This document shows, piece after piece, positions 58,830-64,000 of a stretch of DNA of 64,000 nt. Origin of the DNA: Balanoglossus misakiensis (Eukaryota; Animalia; Hemichordata); contig CM082585.2 in assembly GCA_040954595.2 (NCBI GenBank), positions 5,295,808 through 5,359,807 on the forward strand, read 5' to 3'. A program made the translations under genes and the position numbers. Each line of letters begins with the position of its first letter. The stretch's first letter is position 1. Under the pieces are notes generated by a model. The model did not search any database and was not told where the DNA came from. It saw only the letters and a program-made list of their open reading frames with translations.

Positions 58830-61800
58830 AAGACAGACAGACAGACAAACGAACAGAGACAGACAGACAGACACAGACAGACACACACACAGACAGACAG
58901 ACAGACACAGACAGACAGACACACAGACAGACACACAGAGAGAGTAAAATAAATATATAGAAAAGGTTATAATTATTTTAACAAGATGTCAATTTTCATT
59001 TGTAACAACAACTGTTTTTGCTGCAGGGGTGAGAATTATTTCTCCTCTGATGAGATGGGACTGCTCTCCTTCCTCTTCGGAACATGGCTGACACCTCTCA
59101 TGACGAAAGCCTATCGACATGGACTAGCTATGGAGGATTTGTGGTTGTGTGGACACAGAGACTCTGCCGAATTCAACTCTTCAAGGTCCGGTAAATCATA
59201 TGTAATATGCACTATATTGTAAAGCATAGCAATTATCGTCAAAAAGGGTGGTTTGTACTAATTTGGCAAATTCTTAAATAAGTATTCATAGGCGAAGTAG
59301 GCGTCTTGCTTAAGGAAACAAACAAATAATTAAACAAACAAACAAACAAGCAAATAAGAAACAACAACTACCGTCATGACAAACTACGCGGTGTCTTGAA
59401 TTGAGCCCGCCCACTCGCGCGATCGAGCAGCTGACGCATGTAGTGGCTTGTGTCAAAGGTCCCGTCGTATGCTAGCAATTTACTTGACATAAGCCACTTC
59501 TAGCGTGAGCTGCTCGATCTCGCGAGTGGGCGGGCTCAATTCAAGACACCGCGTTGTTTGTTTGTTTGTTTGTTTGTTTGTTTGTTTGTTTGTTTGTTTG
59601 TTTGTTTGTTTGTTTGTTTGTTTGTTTGTTTCCCCGAGCAGGACTCTTACTTCGCCTATAAGTATTGAAAACATTTGGAATGCATGATTTGCTTTTTGCA
59701 CCATACCAAAGTAACCAAATTTGCTTTGACGTAAATAAAAGAATGGGTCTAGCCATCGACGTTCTCAACACAGGCGTGTTGATGACGTCGATGCCCCGTG
59801 TCTCATTACTCCGACCTAACACTTCTGTTTATCGTGCACAGCTCTGACCAGATCTGACCAGAACGTAGAATATCGTTAACGTGTTTCTCTTCTCGCCAGG
59901 TTGGAGAATATATGGTCGGAAGAACTGCAGAAACGCGGCAACAAGAAAGCATCTCTTACGTCAGCTTTCGTCAGGTTTATCAAATGCCAAGTGATGCTGT
60001 GCGTTGTACTGACATTTTTTTATGCGGCAGTTGCAACCTCAAGTGTGGTAGGTATTTATAATCGATGACTCATTTGCATATGAACTCTGACTCATCCACA
60101 GCATAATCAATATGTGCAATTCTCACTACTTTAAATAGGTTATTGCTACCTAGGTTAGTGATAAAAATCTCATATGGTCGACCGAATTATCAAGATGGCG
60201 GATTTCTACCATGTTAAACAATGGAAACCACAGGGTAAATTATTGCTGGGTCATACTAAATCTTTGTAGCAGTAAAAAAAAACCACAATGTGTTGTGTTT
60301 AATGCACATTCTTATTACACCACTCTCTTTTAGGTGATATTGGGTAAATTGATTATATATGTACAAGGCAACAAGTCTAACATACCTTATGCACTTAAAC
60401 TCTGTTTTGCACTACTCGTTTCACAAATTGTGAAATCAACAACACTAACGGCGTATTCATCACTGGCGTATAGAACTGCAGTACAACTACGCTCCGCCGT
60501 AATTGCACTGATCTATCAGAAAGTACTGAGAGCAAGAAATCTACTTCAAAGCAAATCCGTCGGAGAGGTAGGTAGGTGCATTCGACACGTGTACCTTTCA
60601 CGTCCACAGACTGCTGATATCAATATACATGCAGTAGGCAAATAGTACCATTGGTTAATAGGTTTATATGTACAGGTGTGGTCATTTCCGGTGTTGGAAT
60701 TACGTGACGGGTGTCACGTGTTGTGCAGGCATTGTTCACTCTTTTCGAAACACGTCACTACTTCTGCATTTGCCTTATAGTTTGCAATCAAGGTTTAAAA
60801 ACATCTAATAATCAAAGGTGTTACATGTTTTCTGCATCATAGGTTATCAATCTATGCACCAACGACGGACAACGCATCCATGATGCTTCTCTGTGGTCTA
60901 TGGCCATTATAGAGGGCGTTTTCATGGCACTCTTTACTACGATCTACACGACGTACATTTTGGGTCCGGCTGCGCTTTGTGGATGTGCTCTTTTCTTCCC
61001 GTTGTGGCCTGTGCAGGTAATAGTATCTGGCCGCCATTTTGTAACCCATCGTCTACGTTTGTTGCTCACGTGGGCGCCATTTTGTGTGTTTTCAAGTTGC
61101 AGTATTGACAAATTTCCCACCATCACAGGGGTTGGGCCTGAACAAATGTGTAACTGATGAAGACTAGTCATTAGCAGGCGATAATAACACCATTAACTAG
61201 CAACATTCTGGCTCAGTACTGTGTCTTTTCAATTAGATGGCATGTTTGAGAGACGCAATATGCAATGTTCCTGACCTCTACATGACCTATCATCCTCGTA
61301 AGTCTGTTGGTATGAAACCATCAGGTTGACTGAACCCTCTACAAACACTCTATAAATTGCAGCTGTAGTAATGAACTGTGTTCTGAATAATTGCAGTTAG
61401 GCGACTATTTTTCAAGCATCACTTTTAACACAACCCCATACCAACGGAAGTACGAGGATAAAGGGTCATATAGGGGTCATGACAGTGACCTATTATGCAC
61501 ACCCGGGTATATCTATAATGGCAGTGTGTTCAAATTTCCCCACTTCCAGGTTTTATTCTCGAGGCTACTCGCTCATTTCCGTTTGAAAACAATAGCCATC
61601 ACTGATACACGGGTGCGCATGGTGAATGAAATCATTACCTGTGTTAAATTCATCAAGATGTACGCTTGGGAGACGCCATTTGCAAAGCAGATTGCAGGTA
61701 AAGTCCTTATGTTAATGGTCATAATCAGAGACTTTGAGACGTCCTTGTAGCCACATTTCTATTCTCTATTCACAGTGCATGTTCTATCATTGAAAATGGC

Positions 61801-64000
61801 TGTACTGTTGACTCGAAGTGGATGTTTTAACTCTTTTCCTAAAGCTTACTGTGATACAGACAATTATGGATCAGCTTCTTCCCACATGTTAACTACCACA
61901 AAATCCAGGCATATAAGTGTCTTTCCATCAGATGATCAACTCGTCTCAGGGTGAGATTTTATACTTCGATGACAAATCCGTTTCCACTCCAGGAATCAGA
62001 CAGAAGGAGAAGAAACTTCTTAAATATGCTGGATTCGTACAGAGTTTAAATGAATCCTGGAATCCAGTGTACCAGAGTTCTGCTATTGTTGTGACTTTTG
62101 CCGTCCATATTGCATTAGGTAACGACCTCACGGCGGCCACGGTAAGCTTTACTTCATGGACTCAGTTTATGTTTGAACTGGTGTTGTGAATCTGTACTGT
62201 ATTAAAGGGACAAAGTCTCTCTCTCGCTGCCCTTTTTCCATTAGTTATTTTCCATTAACCTTGCCTTCGCCGTATTTATGCCAATATTCTTTTCTTGGTA
62301 ATACATAGGCAAAGTGGAACACCAATTTGAAAGATAAATGTCATAACTCAATAATCTTTATTTTCTAAAGGCGTTTCCTGTAGTGTCCATGTTTGCCTTC
62401 ACAAGAACTGCACTGATCAATGTGGCAAAGGGGGTCAAGTTTCTTACAGAAGCTCGGATTGCTGCCAACCGAATGCAGGTGATGTCATCTTCACTTGTTC
62501 GCCATTGAAACAAAATTAGAAAATTGGCCCATTTGGGATACACCTAAATCATAGGATTGTTAGATTGGTCTTTGAAGTGCTGATAACGATTAAGGGGGAA
62601 TAGCCTCTGACACGCATAGCGTATATGTTACAGTCAAAAATTTGCCTCCACCCGAGGCTAACTTTTCAAACATGAATTCTATTTGGAAGCCATTTTGGAC
62701 CAAACCATGCAAGGACTAGAATAGGGCGTCACTGTAGTTTCTTCTCTGCAGGCGTTCCTTCAAATGGACGAACTGCGGCCACACCACTGTAAACCACACG
62801 ACGATGATGTTGCCATAGATATCTCGTCTGCAACCTTTGCGTGGGACAAGAAAGGGGGAGCTTGTAAGGTAGAAGGGAAGTCCAAGGAAGAAGATGCAAT
62901 GTTGGTAGATAAGACTGTCTCACATGGAAATGACGATTGCAAAAACGGCACAAATATCAACATTCTGTCTGACATCACATTCACCCTGAGAAAGGTAATT
63001 GCATTTAGTGAAGATCATGATGCGAATTTTAATCTGTCTTAGACTTAGGGTGGAGTTTGGTATAAACTTAAATAATTTGATATTGATTGAGATATTGCAG
63101 ACTTCAGCTCAATAATGTTCGTGTATCTCAATGCCTGTGGGCAATAACATCTCTGTCAGAAGAGTCATTGATTTCTTTGCACTACTGAGCTATAACACAA
63201 AATATAATTGTTAATCATATATTTGATAGGGCCAAACCATCGGTGTTTGTGGCGCTGTTGGGAGTGGCAAGTCATCACTCCTTTCGGGCATACTGAGCCA
63301 GATGCAAGTAACATGTGGTCACGTGAAGACAGATGGCACTATGGGATATGTATCACAGCAGGCGTGGATATTCAATGCTACTCTAAAAGAAAACATTCTG
63401 TTTGGACAAAATTACGAGGAAGGGCGTTACGAAGCAGCAGTATTTGCTGCATGTCTCACAGACGACATCAGACAGCTACCAAACGGTGATCTGACTGAGG
63501 TGGGCCTATATTCATATTTCCTCCATGTGATGTACAAAAAAAACCTTACTCTGTTAACAACGAATACAGCTTGCAAATACAGCTTGCACGGGCAGGCATA
63601 TATATGCTGGGTATGAATCTATTGCCCTGGTAGATCCAGAATGTGTACATGTAAAATGGGTTAACTATACGGTCACTTCGAGCTTGCCTTTACAGATGGA
63701 TCAAAACACTGCTACCACTGTTAATATGGCTAGCTTGTATTGCATTGATTTTGCTCGGCCATCACATCAACAGCATAGTACAATGAATTATCCTGTACTT
63801 CGTGTGTTCTATCTGTAGTCGATCATTGTTCTCGTTCAGTTCTTGAAGACTCTAAGGTTGCATGTAATGTAGGTGGGAACACGATGTGATCGCTGTTCCC
63901 ACCTGCAATGAAAGAGGTGACTGTTAAATTTTGAATTCAGCTTGTTACCCACAGATAGGAGAGAGGGGTATCAACCTGAGCGGTGGGCAGAAGCAGAGAG
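58361..64000 (+). CDS. Second ABCC5/MRP5-like ABC transporter, 5' part (continues past the window)
   Basis: Exons 58361-58599, 59027-59185, 59900-60047, 60334-60567, 60843-61016, 61550-61697, 61993-62141, 62371-62478, 62752-62994, 63230-63499, 63955->64000. Motifs: [25 protein letters not shown], Walker [46 protein letters not shown]. Confidence 0.9.
58780..58944. repeat. (GA)n / (GACA)n / (CA)n compound microsatellite
   Basis: Seen directly; source of the spurious ER/SVC-repeat ORFs. Confidence 0.95.
59317..59630. repeat. Large fold-back element: 71-bp inverted arms extended by (AAAC)n and (GTTT)n tracts
   Basis: Arms 59386-59456 and 59484-59554 (about 6 mismatches) with a 27-nt loop; degenerate (AAAC)n on the left and perfect (GTTT)n on the right. 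Confidence 0.85.
62202..62243. mobile_element. Truncated end of the same TTAA/AGGG TIR family, in intron 7 of the + ABCC gene
   Basis: ttaaagggacaaagtctctctctcgctgccctttttccatta matches the reverse complement of the right TIR ending at 56717. Confidence 0.7.

Noticed and set aside
58650-58960. ER-rich and SVCL-rich ORFs
   Set aside because: Translations of the GA/GACA microsatellite.

Overview
AT-rich, intron-rich animal genomic DNA; gene content and repeat style suggest a marine invertebrate deuterostome (inference). It is not prokaryotic, so most six-frame ORFs are exon fragments or noise. Splicing by eye at GT..AG sites gives five genes: (1) a soluble guanylate cyclase beta-2-like gene on + (10 coding exons found, 6690-13938; the first ~25 codons were not located); (2) a compact minus-strand prepropeptide gene (~18562-20281) with a signal peptide and a decapeptide AGPGFQTSAW flanked by KRR and RRKR, which I cannot assign to a known neuropeptide family; (3) a complete 24-exon short-type ABCC (MRP5/ABCC5-like) gene on - (47505-29475, ~1394 aa); (4) a 7-exon short-chain dehydrogenase with a strongly bacterial FabG-like sequence, nested antisense in intron 18 of that ABCC gene next to a decayed partial copy of itself; (5) a head-to-head ABCC paralogue on + (58361 to beyond the window end) with near-identical exon sizes. 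Non-coding DNA holds MITE-like inverted-repeat elements, long hairpins and microsatellites.
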